Source of the DNA: an uncultured Chloroflexia bacterium
Lineage (GTDB): Bacteria > Chloroflexota > Limnocylindria > Limnocylindrales > CSP1-4
DNA length: 64,000 nucleotides
Reading direction: 5' to 3'
Assembly: GCA_963819655.1 (NCBI GenBank)
Contig: CAWFXA010000002.1
Coordinates: forward strand, 288,001-352,000
Part shown: positions 53,434 through 63,290 of the stretch, piece by piece
Layout of the letters: every line of letters starts with the position of its first letter
Position numbering within the stretch: position 1 is the first letter of the stretch
Position numbers and translations under genes: made by a program
Notes under the pieces: generated by a model
What the model saw: the letters and a program-made list of their open reading frames with translations, nothing else
The model's database searches: none
What the model was told of the DNA's origin: nothing

Positions 53434-53823
53434 GGGCCGAGTCTAGGCGCGCTGACCGGGCACCGCGCTAGAGGCTTTCATCCCGAGATGTTCGCGTCAG
53501 GGCCTGACGGCCATTGATCTGTCAAAGGAGCTCCCGGCGCAACGTCCCCACCGAGTTGCGAGGAAGCGCGATATGCGCCCGGTAGATCGCCTTATGGCAG
53601 CAGTCAACGACGGTGATCGCGCCGCCTGGGGAGCCTCCTCCGGGTGGTTGTCACGATGAAGAACGGGATCTGCCACGGATTGCTGCCGCCCCACGCATCG
53701 GCCACCCTCGTAGGTGTTCTGGCCGCCGGCGACCGCTCCGAGTCGGCCAATGCCTCGTCGATGTGGACCTCTTCTTCGACCGTGCCGCCCGCGTCCTCGT
53801 CGAGTTCGAACGGATCGTCGCCA

Positions 53824-53888
53824 GACCGCCTGAGCGTTGTGGCCACCCGAGTGGGACCCCGAGCGAAACGGGTGGAGTTTTACGCTCT
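53824..53888 (+). repeat. Left-end module, copy L1
   Basis: 62/65 nt identical to 59222-59286, with the first 49 nt identical. Confidence 0.9.
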
Positions 53889-54462
53889 AGGATTCCTGCT
53901 CGGCCGTGCGCAGTAGGGCCAGGGCGTTCTGGATGCCCTGCTCCAGGACCTCGTCGGCAAGCTTCTGATCGGACAGGGCGCGGGAGACCTGGAGCGTCCC
54001 GACCATCAGGGCGAAGACGCTGAGGGTCCTGACGCGCGCTGATTGGGGATCTTCCGCTGCCAATCGGGCGGCAGCGTCATCGATGATCGCCAGCTGCCCA
54101 TCGGTGTAGGCGCGCTTCACGGCGTCGGACGAGCGGGCGATCTCGTCGAGGAGCGCGGCCGATGGACAGCCGCCCTCGGTGTCGTCGCGGTGCTGAGGCG
54201 ACAGATAGCCGCTAACGATTTCCTCGAGCGACTGCGTGCTGTATCGCTCGCGCTGCTCGCGGAGCTGGTCCGCGACCGTGCTCGCGACGAGATCCTCCTT
54301 CGAGTCGAAGTGGGCGTAGAAGGCGCCGTTGGTCAGCCCGGCGTCGGCCATGAGCGTCGCCACCCCGGAGCCATCGATGCCGTCGCGCTTGAGCCGACGG
54401 CCTGCCGCCTCGATGATCCGCCCCCGCGTCGCCTGCTTGTGCTCTTTCCCGTACCGCGCCAT
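53887..54462 (-). CDS. TetR/AcrR family regulator
   Basis: AGLTNGAFYAHFDSKEDL and HRD...GCP motifs; the stop codon lies inside the repeat site. Confidence 0.9.
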   Translation of the reverse strand: MARYGKEHKQATRGRIIEAAGRRLKRDGIDGSGVATLMADAGLTNGAFYAHFDSKEDLVASTVADQLREQRERYSTQSLEEIVSGYLSPQHRDDTEGGCPSAALLDEIARSSDAVKRAYTDGQLAIIDDAAARLAAEDPQSARVRTLSVFALMVGTLQVSRALSDQKLADEVLEQGIQNALALLRTAEQES

Positions 54463-54499
54463 CTGCGACTCCCTCATTGGGAAGGGTTCGTCCTTCCTC

Positions 54500-54533
54500 T
54501 TGACATCCATTATATGTCATGCGTAATATTACG
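54500..54533 (+). promoter_or_regulatory. Promoter/operator of the SDR operon
   Basis: TTGACA...TAATAT; palindromes TGACAT-N7-ATGTCA and CGTAATATTACG. Confidence 0.6.
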
Positions 54534-54564
54534 ACCATCAGCCAATTAGCGCAAGGAGTCCACG

Positions 54565-55380
54565 ATGACATCAGCCAAGCCAGTCGCGCTCGTGACGGGC
54601 GCCTCCTCCGGCATCGGGAATGCAGCCGCCCTCGCCCTCGTCACGGCCGGTTTCGAGGTGGTCGGCACGAGCCGGAAGACGTCCGGCGTCGCTCCAGTCG
54701 ACGGCGTCACGTTCCTCGACCTCGACGTGACCAGTGACGAGTCGGTTAGCTCGGCGGTCGGGCGCGTGATCGAGCGGTTCGGGCGGCTCGACGTGCTGGT
54801 CAACAACGCGGGCATCGGGGCAGCCGGGGCCGCCGAAGAAAGCTCCGTCGCCCAGGACCAGCGCGTCTTCGATATCAACTTCTTCGGGCTCGTCCGAATG
54901 ACGAAAGCGGTCCTCCCGCACATGCGCGCGGCCGGAAGGGGTCGGATTATCAGCATCTCCTCGGTGCTCGGGCTCGTCCCCGCTCCGTACATGGCCAGTT
55001 ACGCCGCCACCAAGCACGCGATCGAGGGCTACTCCGAGTCGGTCGACCACGAGGTTCGGGAGCACGGCATCCGCGTGCTTCTCGTCGAGCCCGGCTACAC
55101 GCGGACCGGCTTCGACGCCAACGCCATCCAGCCCGACGCACCGTTGCCGATCTACGCGCTGCAGCGGCACGTCTTCGACGGGGTGTTGGCGCGAGGCATG
55201 GCAGACGGCGATGACCCGGCCATCGTCGCCAAGGCGATCGTCGCGGCGGCGACGGACCCGAAGCCGAAGCTGCGCTACACCGCCGGCCCGGCGGCCGGAC
55301 GCGTCAGCGTCCTGCGCCGCTTCGTTCCCACGCGGGTCTTCGACCGGCAGATCCGGAAGCTCAACCGCCTGCCCGCCTGA
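54565..55380 (+). CDS. SDR family oxidoreductase
   Basis: TGASSGIG, VNNAG and YAATK motifs. Confidence 0.92.
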   Translation: MTSAKPVALVTGASSGIGNAAALALVTAGFEVVGTSRKTSGVAPVDGVTFLDLDVTSDESVSSAVGRVIERFGRLDVLVNNAGIGAAGAAEESSVAQDQRVFDINFFGLVRMTKAVLPHMRAAGRGRIISISSVLGLVPAPYMASYAATKHAIEGYSESVDHEVREHGIRVLLVEPGYTRTGFDANAIQPDAPLPIYALQRHVFDGVLARGMADGDDPAIVAKAIVAAATDPKPKLRYTAGPAAGRVSVLRRFVPTRVFDRQIRKLNRLPA

Positions 55381-55417
55381 AGCCAATCCTCAATCAGCCA
55401 TACCAAGGAGACCCGTC

Positions 55418-56278
55418 ATGAGCACCATGAGCATCGACCCCGTCATCACGTCCTACGCGATGGCGCCGGCCCTCACCATCACCGCAGGCGACGCGACCTA
55501 CGCCTATCGCGAGCTCGGACCGAAGGGCGGGATCCCCGTGATCCTCTTTGTCCACCTTGCTGCGACCCTCGACAACTGGGACCCGCGCATCGTCGACCCC
55601 ATCGCCAGAGAGCACCATGTCATCGCATTCGACAACCGCGGCGTCGGCGCCTCCACCGGCCAGGTTCCCGACAGCGTCGAAGCGATGGCCGACGACGCCT
55701 ACGCCTTCATCCGCGCGCTCGGCTTCGACGAGGTCGACATCTTCGCCTTCTCCCTCGGCGGCTTCGTCGCCCAGGCTCTCGTGATCAAGCACCCGGATCT
55801 GGTCCGCAAGTTGGTCCTCACCGGGACCGGCCCTGCCGGAGGGAAGGACATCGACAAGGTCGCCGGCATCACCTACTGGGACATGTTGCGCGCGGCCCTG
55901 ACCCGGTCGGACCCGAAGGAGTTCCTGTTCTTCAACCGCAACGCCACCGGCAAGCCCGCCGCCCGCGCCTTCGTCAACCGACTCACGGAGCGCACCGTCG
56001 ACCGGGACGCCGCGATCTCGGTGAAGGCTTTCCAGACCCAGCTCAAGGCGATCAAGAAGTGGGGTCGCTCGGCCCCTGCCGACCTGTCGAAGGTCACCCA
56101 GCCCACCTTGATCGCCAACGGCGACAACGACCGGATGGTGCCCTCCGTGCTATCCGAGGACCTGCACCGCCGCATCCGCGGCTCCGAGCTCGTGATCTAC
56201 CCCGACTCCGGCCACGGCGGCATCTTCCAGTTCCACGACACCTTCGTCCCGGTCGCCGTCGAGTTCCTCGACCGCTGA
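55418..56278 (+). CDS. Alpha/beta fold hydrolase
   Basis: FDNRGVG, AFSLGG, GDNDRMVP and YPDSGHG motifs. Confidence 0.9.
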   Translation: MSTMSIDPVITSYAMAPALTITAGDATYAYRELGPKGGIPVILFVHLAATLDNWDPRIVDPIAREHHVIAFDNRGVGASTGQVPDSVEAMADDAYAFIRALGFDEVDIFAFSLGGFVAQALVIKHPDLVRKLVLTGTGPAGGKDIDKVAGITYWDMLRAALTRSDPKEFLFFNRNATGKPAARAFVNRLTERTVDRDAAISVKAFQTQLKAIKKWGRSAPADLSKVTQPTLIANGDNDRMVPSVLSEDLHRRIRGSELVIYPDSGHGGIFQFHDTFVPVAVEFLDR

Positions 56279-56305
56279 CCGCACCCTACGAAGGAAGGCA
56301 AGAAG

Positions 56306-57100
56306 GTGGCTACGACACGTCAAGCGGCGAAGAAGCCCCTCGTCTCATCGATCCTGCTGTGGATGCGGACCGATCAGCCCCGTCAGCAAGGCATGGACTA
56401 CTGGAAGGGCCCGCACTCGAAGATCATCTCCGCGACGCCGGGGATGGAGGAGTACCGCCAGATCCATCTGGCGGAGAACAATCCCGGGCTGTGGCCCGCC
56501 ATCCGCGGCGTCGAAACGGTCATCCCCGCCAACCGCCGGATCGACGGGGTCGCCGAGGTCACGTTCACGTCCGTTCTCTCCCCGCTGCGGGGCCGCAAGC
56601 AGACCGGGCTCGCGTACAAGGATGAGGTGAACGTGTTCCGGCGCACCCTGCTCTACGCGGGGCTACCGAACTCGGCCCGCTGGTACAACGTGGCCGGTCC
56701 CGGTGAGAAGGCGGGAGCGCGAAGCCTGATCTACCTCCGCAGGCGGGAAGGCGTCAAGACCGGTGCGTTCCGGAGGTTTCTCACGGACGAGCTTGTTCCC
56801 GCTCTCGTCAAGACAGGAGCCCTGCGGGAACTCCGAACCCAGGTCTTCATGCCCTGGATCAAGAGACTCTGGGACACCCCGAACGTCGCGCACGACAACC
56901 CCGCTGACCAGCGGTTCCAGGCCTCACTGGTCCTCGGCTTCACCGATACCAACGCCCTGTGGACGTTCTTCCGTGGCGGAGAGGTCGCCTCGCTTTCAAG
57001 CAAGTTGCCCGAGTTCGTTTCCGCCGTCCACGCCTACGAGGTCACCGAAGCGCTGACCTACGTGAAGGACGGCAAGATCCTCCCGCACAATCAGACGTAA
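56306..57100 (+). CDS. Hypothetical protein, possible EthD-like dimeric alpha/beta barrel
   Basis: YWKGPH, YRQIH and DGVAEVTF resemble EthD-type segments. Confidence 0.65.
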   Translation: MATTRQAAKKPLVSSILLWMRTDQPRQQGMDYWKGPHSKIISATPGMEEYRQIHLAENNPGLWPAIRGVETVIPANRRIDGVAEVTFTSVLSPLRGRKQTGLAYKDEVNVFRRTLLYAGLPNSARWYNVAGPGEKAGARSLIYLRRREGVKTGAFRRFLTDELVPALVKTGALRELRTQVFMPWIKRLWDTPNVAHDNPADQRFQASLVLGFTDTNALWTFFRGGEVASLSSKLPEFVSAVHAYEVTEALTYVKDGKILPHNQT

Positions 57101-57167
57101 CGGCGCGCCCCGGTCCCGAGCTCCGGGCCACGACGCACGGTGCGATCAGGTGGAGTGCCGGTCATCG

Positions 57168-58011
57168 TCAGGCCTCCGCCACGTCGAGCGAGACGAAGCG
57201 CTCGCGGTTGAAGTCGATGTCGGCCTGCAGGTCGGCGACCTTCTGCTCGGTGGAAGCGATCGAGTCGGCGCCGGCGATGAACCGGCGTCGCGGCGGCTCC
57301 TCGCTGGCGATCGTCACGAGCGCCTGGGCGAGCTTGGCCGGGTCGCCTGACTGGCGGCCATTCTGGGAGGTCCACCAGTCGATCTGGGCAGCGCGTCGCT
57401 CGGCGTAGTCGTCGATCGACAGTTGGGCGAAGTTCGTCGACTCAGGCGTCAGCAGCTCGGTCCGGAAGAAGCCGGGATTGACGATCGTGGTGTGGATGCC
57501 GAACGGCTGCGACCTCCGGCCGCAACGACTCCATCCAGCCCTCGATCCCGAACTTGGACGCCGCGTAGGCCGTCCCGAACTCGAAGCCGGAAAGCCCCGC
57601 GCTCGAGGAGATCGTGATGACGTGACCGGATCGCTGCCGGCGCATCACGGGCAGGACGGCGCGGGTGACGTTCATCGGGCCGATGAGCGTCGTCGCGAGC
57701 TGGCGCTCCATCTGCTCCGGCGTCAGCTCCTCGAAGAAGCCGGCGTTGAAGTTGCCGGCGTTGTTGACGAGGACATCGATCCGCCCGAATCGCTCGACCG
57801 CGGCCTGGACCGCGGCCAAGGCGTCGGCGGGGCTGGTCACGTCGAGCCTCACGGCGAGCAGGTCGGCAGGGTCGCCGACCGCCTTCGTCACCGCCTCAGG
57901 GTTGCGGCCCGTCGCGACCACGGAATTGCTGGCGGCCAGCGCGGCCTTGGCGATGTCGACGCCCATGCCGCGCCCGGCACCCGTGATGAACCAGACCTTC
58001 CTTTCGGTCAT
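57168..58011 (-). CDS. SDR family oxidoreductase, frameshifted
   Basis: WFITGAGRGMG, NNAG and YAASKFG motifs; C-terminus continues in another frame (PGFFRT, PGDPAKLA). Confidence 0.88.
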
Positions 58012-58149
58012 CGGAAATCTCCTTTACGTGGTGGTTTGACCTTCTGCGGGCCATCCAACCACCCGCCATCCCGGTCGGAAAGGCACGCGTTATCGGGGTA
58101 TTGCTGATGCCTGCCTACCAGCGCACGAGGGGCGTAGGGTGGGCGTGAC

Positions 58150-59032
58150 GTGAGCAGCGCCGACGAGATCCGCGAGTTCCTGACGACGCGCCGGGCGAAG
58201 CTGTCCCCCGAGCGCGCCAGCGTGCCGAGGTATGGCCGCAAGCGGCGAGTGCCCGGCCTGCGGCGCGAAGAGGTCGCCCTCCGCGCCGGGATCAGCGTCG
58301 AGTGGTACACGCGCCTGGAGCGCGGCGTCGCGCGGGGCGTCTCCGATGAAGTCCTCGACGCCATCGGCAGCGCGCTCCAGCTCGACGAGGCCGAGCGCGC
58401 CCACCTCGCGGATCTCGTGCGCACCGCGAACGCGGAGCGGCCGCCACGACGAACCTCGACCCCGCAGGGCGTGCGTCCGAGCCTCGCCCGGCATCGTCGA
58501 TGTGATGGGCCCGATCCCGTCCTGCGTGACGAACGGTCGGCTCGACGTCCTCTACGCGAACGATCTCGCGGAGGCGCTCTTCTCGGATGTCTTCCGTGAC
58601 CCCGTCCGCCCGCCCAACTTCGCCCGCTTCGTGTTCCTCGATCCACGAGCGAGGACGTTCTACCGCGACTGGGAGAAAGCTGCCAATGACACCGTCGCAG
58701 TGCTGCGCGCGGCGGCCGGCCGGGACCCGTACGACCGCAGCCTGTCCGACCTGGTCGGGCAGCTCTCGACGCGGAGCGACGAGTTCCGGGTCCGCTGGGC
58801 GGCGCACGATGTCGCGTTCCATCGCACGGCCACCAAGCACATGCACCATCCGCTCGTGGGCGACCTGACCCTCGCCTTCGAGATGCTCGAGCTCCCAGCC
58901 GATCCGGGGCTGTCGGTGCTCATCTACTCCGCCGAGCCCGGCTCACCGTCTGAAGAGGCCATGCGCGAGCTGGCGCGCTGGAGCGAGACGCGGACCAAGC
59001 TCTCGGCAGCTCGGGCCGGATCCGAGACCTGA
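58150..59032 (+). CDS. XRE/MmyB-like HTH regulator, frameshifted
   Basis: RRVPGLRREEVA, YTRLERG, NFARFVFLDP and HHPLVGDLTL motifs. Confidence 0.9.
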
Positions 59033-59063
59033 CCCAGCACGCCGGGCCATCTCGATGCCCGCA

Positions 59064-59180
59064 GAGTTTTACGCTCTAGGAGCGATGTGGCGGCCAAGGC
59101 GTGTGGGCAATGCCTCGGAATAGACCTACAAACCAAAGCCGACGGTCGAGCCGCGCTCAGCAGGTATCATCGCGGTCCGC
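59064..59180 (+). repeat. Right-end module, copy R1 (includes -10 box TATCAT)
   Basis: Aligns with 63291-63409: GAGTTTTACGCTCTA.GAGCG.TGTGGC, TAGACCT...GCCGA.GGTC and GGTAT.AT. Confidence 0.8.
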
Positions 59181-59220
59181 GCGCCTGTAGCTCAGGGGAT
59201 AGAGCGTCGCCTCCGGAGCC
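59181..59220 (+). pseudogene. 5' half of tRNA-Arg(CCG), att-like remnant
   Basis: GCGCCTGTAGCTCAGGGGATAGAGCGTCG-CCTCCGGAGCC matches 63410-63450 with 1 substitution and 1 gap; it stops 3 nt after the anticodon loop. Confidence 0.9.
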
Positions 59221-59221
59221 T

Positions 59222-59286
59222 GACCGCCTGAGCGTTGTGGCCACCCGAGTGGGACCCCGAGCGAAACGGGCTGAGTCTTACGCTCT
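59222..59286 (+). repeat. Left-end module, copy L2
   Basis: Near-identical to 53824-53888; directly follows the tRNA fragment. Confidence 0.9.
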
Positions 59287-59328
59287 GTGCGGAAGACCAC
59301 GGTGCAAGGAGTGGGCTCGCGCTCGGCT

Positions 59329-61614
59329 TCAAGGCGCTCGTCCTCGGTCTGCGAGCGAGTAGAGCCGGATGACTCCATCGCGTCCGGTCGTGTATGCGTC
59401 GCCATTGGGCCCGATCACAGCCAGCTCGAGGCCGCGTCCTGACCACGATGAGATGAGGTCACCAGTGGGGGCGAACAGGTGCAGCCGATCGGGCCCGTCC
59501 GTCGCGTACAGTTCGCCATTCGGCCCGGAAGCAAGCAGCACCGGCTCGCGCAGAAGACCCTCTCCGATCTGTCGGACGATCGTGCCGTCCGGGGCGATCA
59601 CCGTGATCCTCCAGGGTGCCCCGCGACCGCCACTGGCGAAATAGACCGTTCCGTCGGGACCCACGACCACGTTGTTCGTGCACCGATCCCTGACGTCCGC
59701 GCCTCCCGCCAATGTCCGAACGTAGTTGCCTGATTGTTCGAAAACCTGGATCCGGCACGTGGGGTCGTCAACCACATAGACGAGCCCGTCCGGGCCAACA
59801 CTGATGCCGAAGGGACTGACGAACTGGCCGGGCCCTGACCCGAAGGTTCCCCATGACCCGATCATCTCTCGGTCGGCATCGAAGTGCACGACCCGCTGGT
59901 GCTCCGAATCGGCAATGAAGAAGCCGCCATCCGGGAGGAAGGCAACTGCACCCCAGCCATCCCGGTCGGGCTGGACGAGGGCGAGGGCGGCATCACCGGT
60001 CGGCTGCCATGTTTCGACGACTCCTCCGTCACGACCGACGATCACGAACCGGGCACGTGTGGGGTCGGCGATCCACAGCCGCCCGTCTGGTGCGCCGTTC
60101 AGGAAGAACGGCCCCTCGATCCCAAGATCTCGGGCCGTGCGGGCCCACACCTCAACGAGTGCAACGGTCGAGGTGATGATGTGCGCCGACGACGATGGGC
60201 GCTCGGCCGTCGCACTGGAAGCGACCCCTGCGGTGGGCGACGGACTGCTGGCACGAGCTTCGGCGGCGGTCAGCGCGTACACACTCCCATCCTGTGTTCC
60301 AACGATCAGGTGCGCGCCGGCGACTGCGGGCGAGAAGGGGATGCCGTCGAGTAGGAAGGTCCCGAGGACGTCGCCGGTGGCCGCCTCGAGGGCCTCGATC
60401 CCCCCGTGCGAGGCGAGGTACAGCACTCCACCAGCCTTGGTCGGCGATGAGCCGACCTGAACGCCGAGGCTTCGTGTCCATATCTCGGCACCGTCGTCGG
60501 CCCGGAGCGCGACCACGTCGCCGTCGACCGCGGCTGCGTAGACGGTCCCCGTCTCGGGGTCGACGACCGGAGCGACGACTGTCTGTCCGTTTGGCCGCCG
60601 GTGACGCCATATCCCACGGCCGGATTCGAGATCGACCGCGTAGAGAACGCCGCGATTCCCTTCGAGATCAAGGCCTGCGAGCAGGACCTTCTCGCCAGCG
60701 ATGACGGGTGTATCGGTGAAGACCGGCGTCGCAAAGCGCCACAACTCGCGTGCGGTTGGGGAGTCGAAGGCCACGGCGATCCCGACATCGGTCGGGACGA
60801 CGAGGATCGAACCCTGGACCGCGATCGACCGCGTCGAGGGCCCCGGCAGGTCTTCCTGCCAGACGACCTCGTGCGTTTCGAGATCGATGGCCAGAACCTT
60901 GCCGGTCGCGCCCGGGACGGGTCGTCCACGGGACTGTGCCGAAGAGGTCGAGACGTACAGCCGGTCGCCGACGATCGCCGGACTACCGGCAGCGTAGCCA
61001 TCGAGCGGTATTTGCCAGGCGACATGGCCAGTCCGTCGATCCACGGCGACGAGATCCCGATCCTCCGTCCCGACGATCACCAACTCACCGGCCACAGAAG
61101 GCGACGACCAGGCAACGTTCAGATCGGACGACCACAGCTGGACGTGGCGTCGGAGGTCGAACGCTCGGAACTGGCCATCGATCGCTCCCACGTAGGCGAC
61201 GCCGTCCACGATCGCCGCCGACGATACGATCGGACCGGAGAGCGTCGTCTGGAAGTCGATGGTCATGGCCCCACCGGGTCCGGGCCCCGTTACCACGCCG
61301 GTCCTTGCCGCGTCACCGCGGAACGTCGAGCTGTCCGACAGGGGCTCCGATCTCCGGAGGAGCTGGGCGCCCACCGCGGCGATGCCGGCCAAGAGCGACA
61401 TCAGGAGGAGGGCGGTCATCGCCAGCCGGACGGGTCGCGGCAATGCGACGACCTTCGCCATGATCCGGCTTTCGAGCGGGGCGGGCTGCTGCGGGGTGAG
61501 GCGGACCGCGGCCGCGATGGAGTCGCGCAGATCTGCAGGTGCCAGCGTCGCCTGGGGCAGTGCCAGAGATCGGTTCAGCAGCTCCCGTGTCAACGGCGGA
61601 AGGTTCCGGCTCAT
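59329..61614 (-). CDS. Membrane-anchored PQQ-like/BamB beta-propeller plus NHL-repeat protein (putative anti-sigma/sensor)
   Basis: Short N-terminal domain, TM helix, FRGDAARTG, repeated A.D..TG..W blades, then WGTFGSGPGQFVSPFGI. Confidence 0.85.
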   Translation of the reverse strand: MSRNLPPLTRELLNRSLALPQATLAPADLRDSIAAAVRLTPQQPAPLESRIMAKVVALPRPVRLAMTALLLMSLLAGIAAVGAQLLRRSEPLSDSSTFRGDAARTGVVTGPGPGGAMTIDFQTTLSGPIVSSAAIVDGVAYVGAIDGQFRAFDLRRHVQLWSSDLNVAWSSPSVAGELVIVGTEDRDLVAVDRRTGHVAWQIPLDGYAAGSPAIVGDRLYVSTSSAQSRGRPVPGATGKVLAIDLETHEVVWQEDLPGPSTRSIAVQGSILVVPTDVGIAVAFDSPTARELWRFATPVFTDTPVIAGEKVLLAGLDLEGNRGVLYAVDLESGRGIWRHRRPNGQTVVAPVVDPETGTVYAAAVDGDVVALRADDGAEIWTRSLGVQVGSSPTKAGGVLYLASHGGIEALEAATGDVLGTFLLDGIPFSPAVAGAHLIVGTQDGSVYALTAAEARASSPSPTAGVASSATAERPSSSAHIITSTVALVEVWARTARDLGIEGPFFLNGAPDGRLWIADPTRARFVIVGRDGGVVETWQPTGDAALALVQPDRDGWGAVAFLPDGGFFIADSEHQRVVHFDADREMIGSWGTFGSGPGQFVSPFGISVGPDGLVYVVDDPTCRIQVFEQSGNYVRTLAGGADVRDRCTNNVVVGPDGTVYFASGGRGAPWRITVIAPDGTIVRQIGEGLLREPVLLASGPNGELYATDGPDRLHLFAPTGDLISSWSGRGLELAVIGPNGDAYTTGRDGVIRLYSLADRGRAP

Positions 61615-62183
61615 TCCGACACCTCCCGGAGCGCCTTCGCGAGGGCTCGGCGCGCACTGAAGAGACGCCACATGACCGTCCCCGAAGGGACGCGAAGGAG
61701 ATTCGCGATCTCGGCGACCGGTCGGCCTTCGCCGTGATGCAAGGCGAGCACGGTTCGCTGGTCGCCGGACAACCGGCCGAATGCCTGGCGGACGATGTCC
61801 TCGTCGGCCAGCGCTTCGAGAGGCGACTGGCTTGTCGGATGGTCGGCCGGAAGCGAGAGCTCCTCGATCGGGATCTCCCGGACCCGGGCCTTTCGGCGCC
61901 GGAGCAGCATCCGGCACTCGTTCACGACGATCCGATCGAGCCACGCATCGAAGCGCGCGACATCACGGAGTCGAGGGAGTTCTCGCCAGGCTGCCAAGAA
62001 CGCCTCCTGGCATGCGTCGCGGGCGTCCCATTCAGTTCGCAGGATGGCCAGAGCCGTGCGATAGGCTCGGTCGAGCCGAGCGTCGATCAACCGTTCGAAT
62101 GCCTGCACATCGCCGGCGCGGGCCAACTCGACGAGCGAGGCGTCGCTCGTCGAGCCGACCGAGGTGCTCGCGTGTGCCGTCAT
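61611..62183 (-). CDS. ECF-type RNA polymerase sigma factor
   Basis: GDVQAFERL, DARDACQEAF, FDAWLDRIVVNEC and EIANLLRVPSGTV.WRLFSAR motifs. Confidence 0.92.
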   Translation of the reverse strand: MTAHASTSVGSTSDASLVELARAGDVQAFERLIDARLDRAYRTALAILRTEWDARDACQEAFLAAWRELPRLRDVARFDAWLDRIVVNECRMLLRRRKARVREIPIEELSLPADHPTSQSPLEALADEDIVRQAFGRLSGDQRTVLALHHGEGRPVAEIANLLRVPSGTVMWRLFSARRALAKALREVSE

Positions 62184-62244
62184 CGGGTTGCAGTGTGCCC
62201 TCGACGGACGGGTCAGCCGGCGAACAATGGGCAGAGAGCGGAGG

Positions 62245-63105
62245 TCATGGCAACTCCAACAGTCCGGCGACGGCAGGCCATGTGATCTCTGCGACCTCCG
62301 CCTGTCCGCGCACGTTCAGGTGGTTCCGATCGCTGGAGAAATCCTCGGGGCGTTCAATGTACGCGGCGCGAGCTCCGTCGTCCGTCCGGCAATTGGGCAC
62401 CGTGGCGCACACCCGGGCCTGCTCCGTCTCATATTTCTCGATGATGGATGTCAGGGTGTCGGAAGGGTCAGGGTCGCACAGCATCCACGAAGGGGGTCGT
62501 CCGAGCTGTCCGACCACCAGGATCCGTGAGTCGGGTGAGGCCGTGGTTACGACCTGCAAGGCGTCTGCGAGGGCGACACCGAACTCGGGTACGTGCGTGC
62601 GATCGGTCCCGTCGCAGCGGATGTCGCTGTCGATCGTTTGGACTACGACGAGTGCCGGGGTGGGAACAGTTTCGAGAGCGGATCGCGCCTGCCCCGCCAG
62701 CGAAGACGCGGGCGCACCACCTTGCGCAGTGTTGGCAACATGGCCCTCGGTCTCCGGACGGACCGCGACGAGCCGCCGGTAGATGCTGTTGACCTCAGGC
62801 GATGTGCCAGTCGCCCACGAGTTTTCGAGCGCAACCCGACCAGGACGGCTCGGATCGGAGTTCTCACCAGTCAAGCCGGAGTGCCCGATCGCTATGACAC
62901 CGACCGGCTTGCCGGGGTTGGCCGCGGTCGCGGTCGATGTGGCGGCCGGGCCGGCCGCGGCCGATGTGGTAGCCGGGCCGGTCGCGGCCGATGTGGTGGC
63001 CGGGCCGGTCGCGGCCTGGTCTCCGATGTCTGCACTGCGGCAGCCACTGACCGCCAACGCCAAGGCGATGATGGCGGCCACGGTGCCAGCTGATCTTGTG
63101 TTCAT
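62245..63105 (-). CDS. SGNH/GDSL hydrolase-like lipoprotein
   Basis: GGAG RBS, VSGC lipobox, IGHSGLTG (block I-like) and DRNHLN (DxxH). Confidence 0.75.
   Translation of the reverse strand: MNTRSAGTVAAIIALALAVSGCRSADIGDQAATGPATTSAATGPATTSAAAGPAATSTATAANPGKPVGVIAIGHSGLTGENSDPSRPGRVALENSWATGTSPEVNSIYRRLVAVRPETEGHVANTAQGGAPASSLAGQARSALETVPTPALVVVQTIDSDIRCDGTDRTHVPEFGVALADALQVVTTASPDSRILVVGQLGRPPSWMLCDPDPSDTLTSIIEKYETEQARVCATVPNCRTDDGARAAYIERPEDFSSDRNHLNVRGQAEVAEITWPAVAGLLELP
62926..63016 (-). repeat. 27-bp tandem repeat x3.4 encoding an AATGPATTS linker
   Basis: Units start at 62926, 62953, 62980 and 63007 (partial). Confidence 0.85.
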
Positions 63106-63290
63106 GATGTGCTCCGGGGTAGTCCGGATGTGCATCCTTTGCCTCCTGATCGGGTCTCTGCATTCGCAGAGTTCCTTCAGAAGTCCAGATGCGAGGGAGC
63201 ACCGATCCATTTGGCGCTCCTCTGTAAGAAACACGTGCGCCGAGTTGTCGCCGTACGTGCTCCCTCCGCTCGGACCGTTCGGCCGCCGGC

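Larger units (their letters stand above)
53824..59220 (+). mobile_element. Cassette 1 of tRNA-Arg-associated array (no integrase)
   Basis: Bounded by L1 and by R1 plus a tRNA 5' half; cargo flanked by an 18-bp perfect direct repeat. Confidence 0.7.

Noticed and set aside
1327-59032. Numerous frameshifts as programmed frameshifting or mass pseudogenisation
   Set aside because: They affect unrelated housekeeping and accessory genes alike, with no shared slippery motif noticed; long-read indel errors are the simpler explanation.
62926-63016. 27-bp tandem repeat as a regulatory or CRISPR-like repeat
   Set aside because: It is an in-frame low-complexity lipoprotein linker with no spacers.
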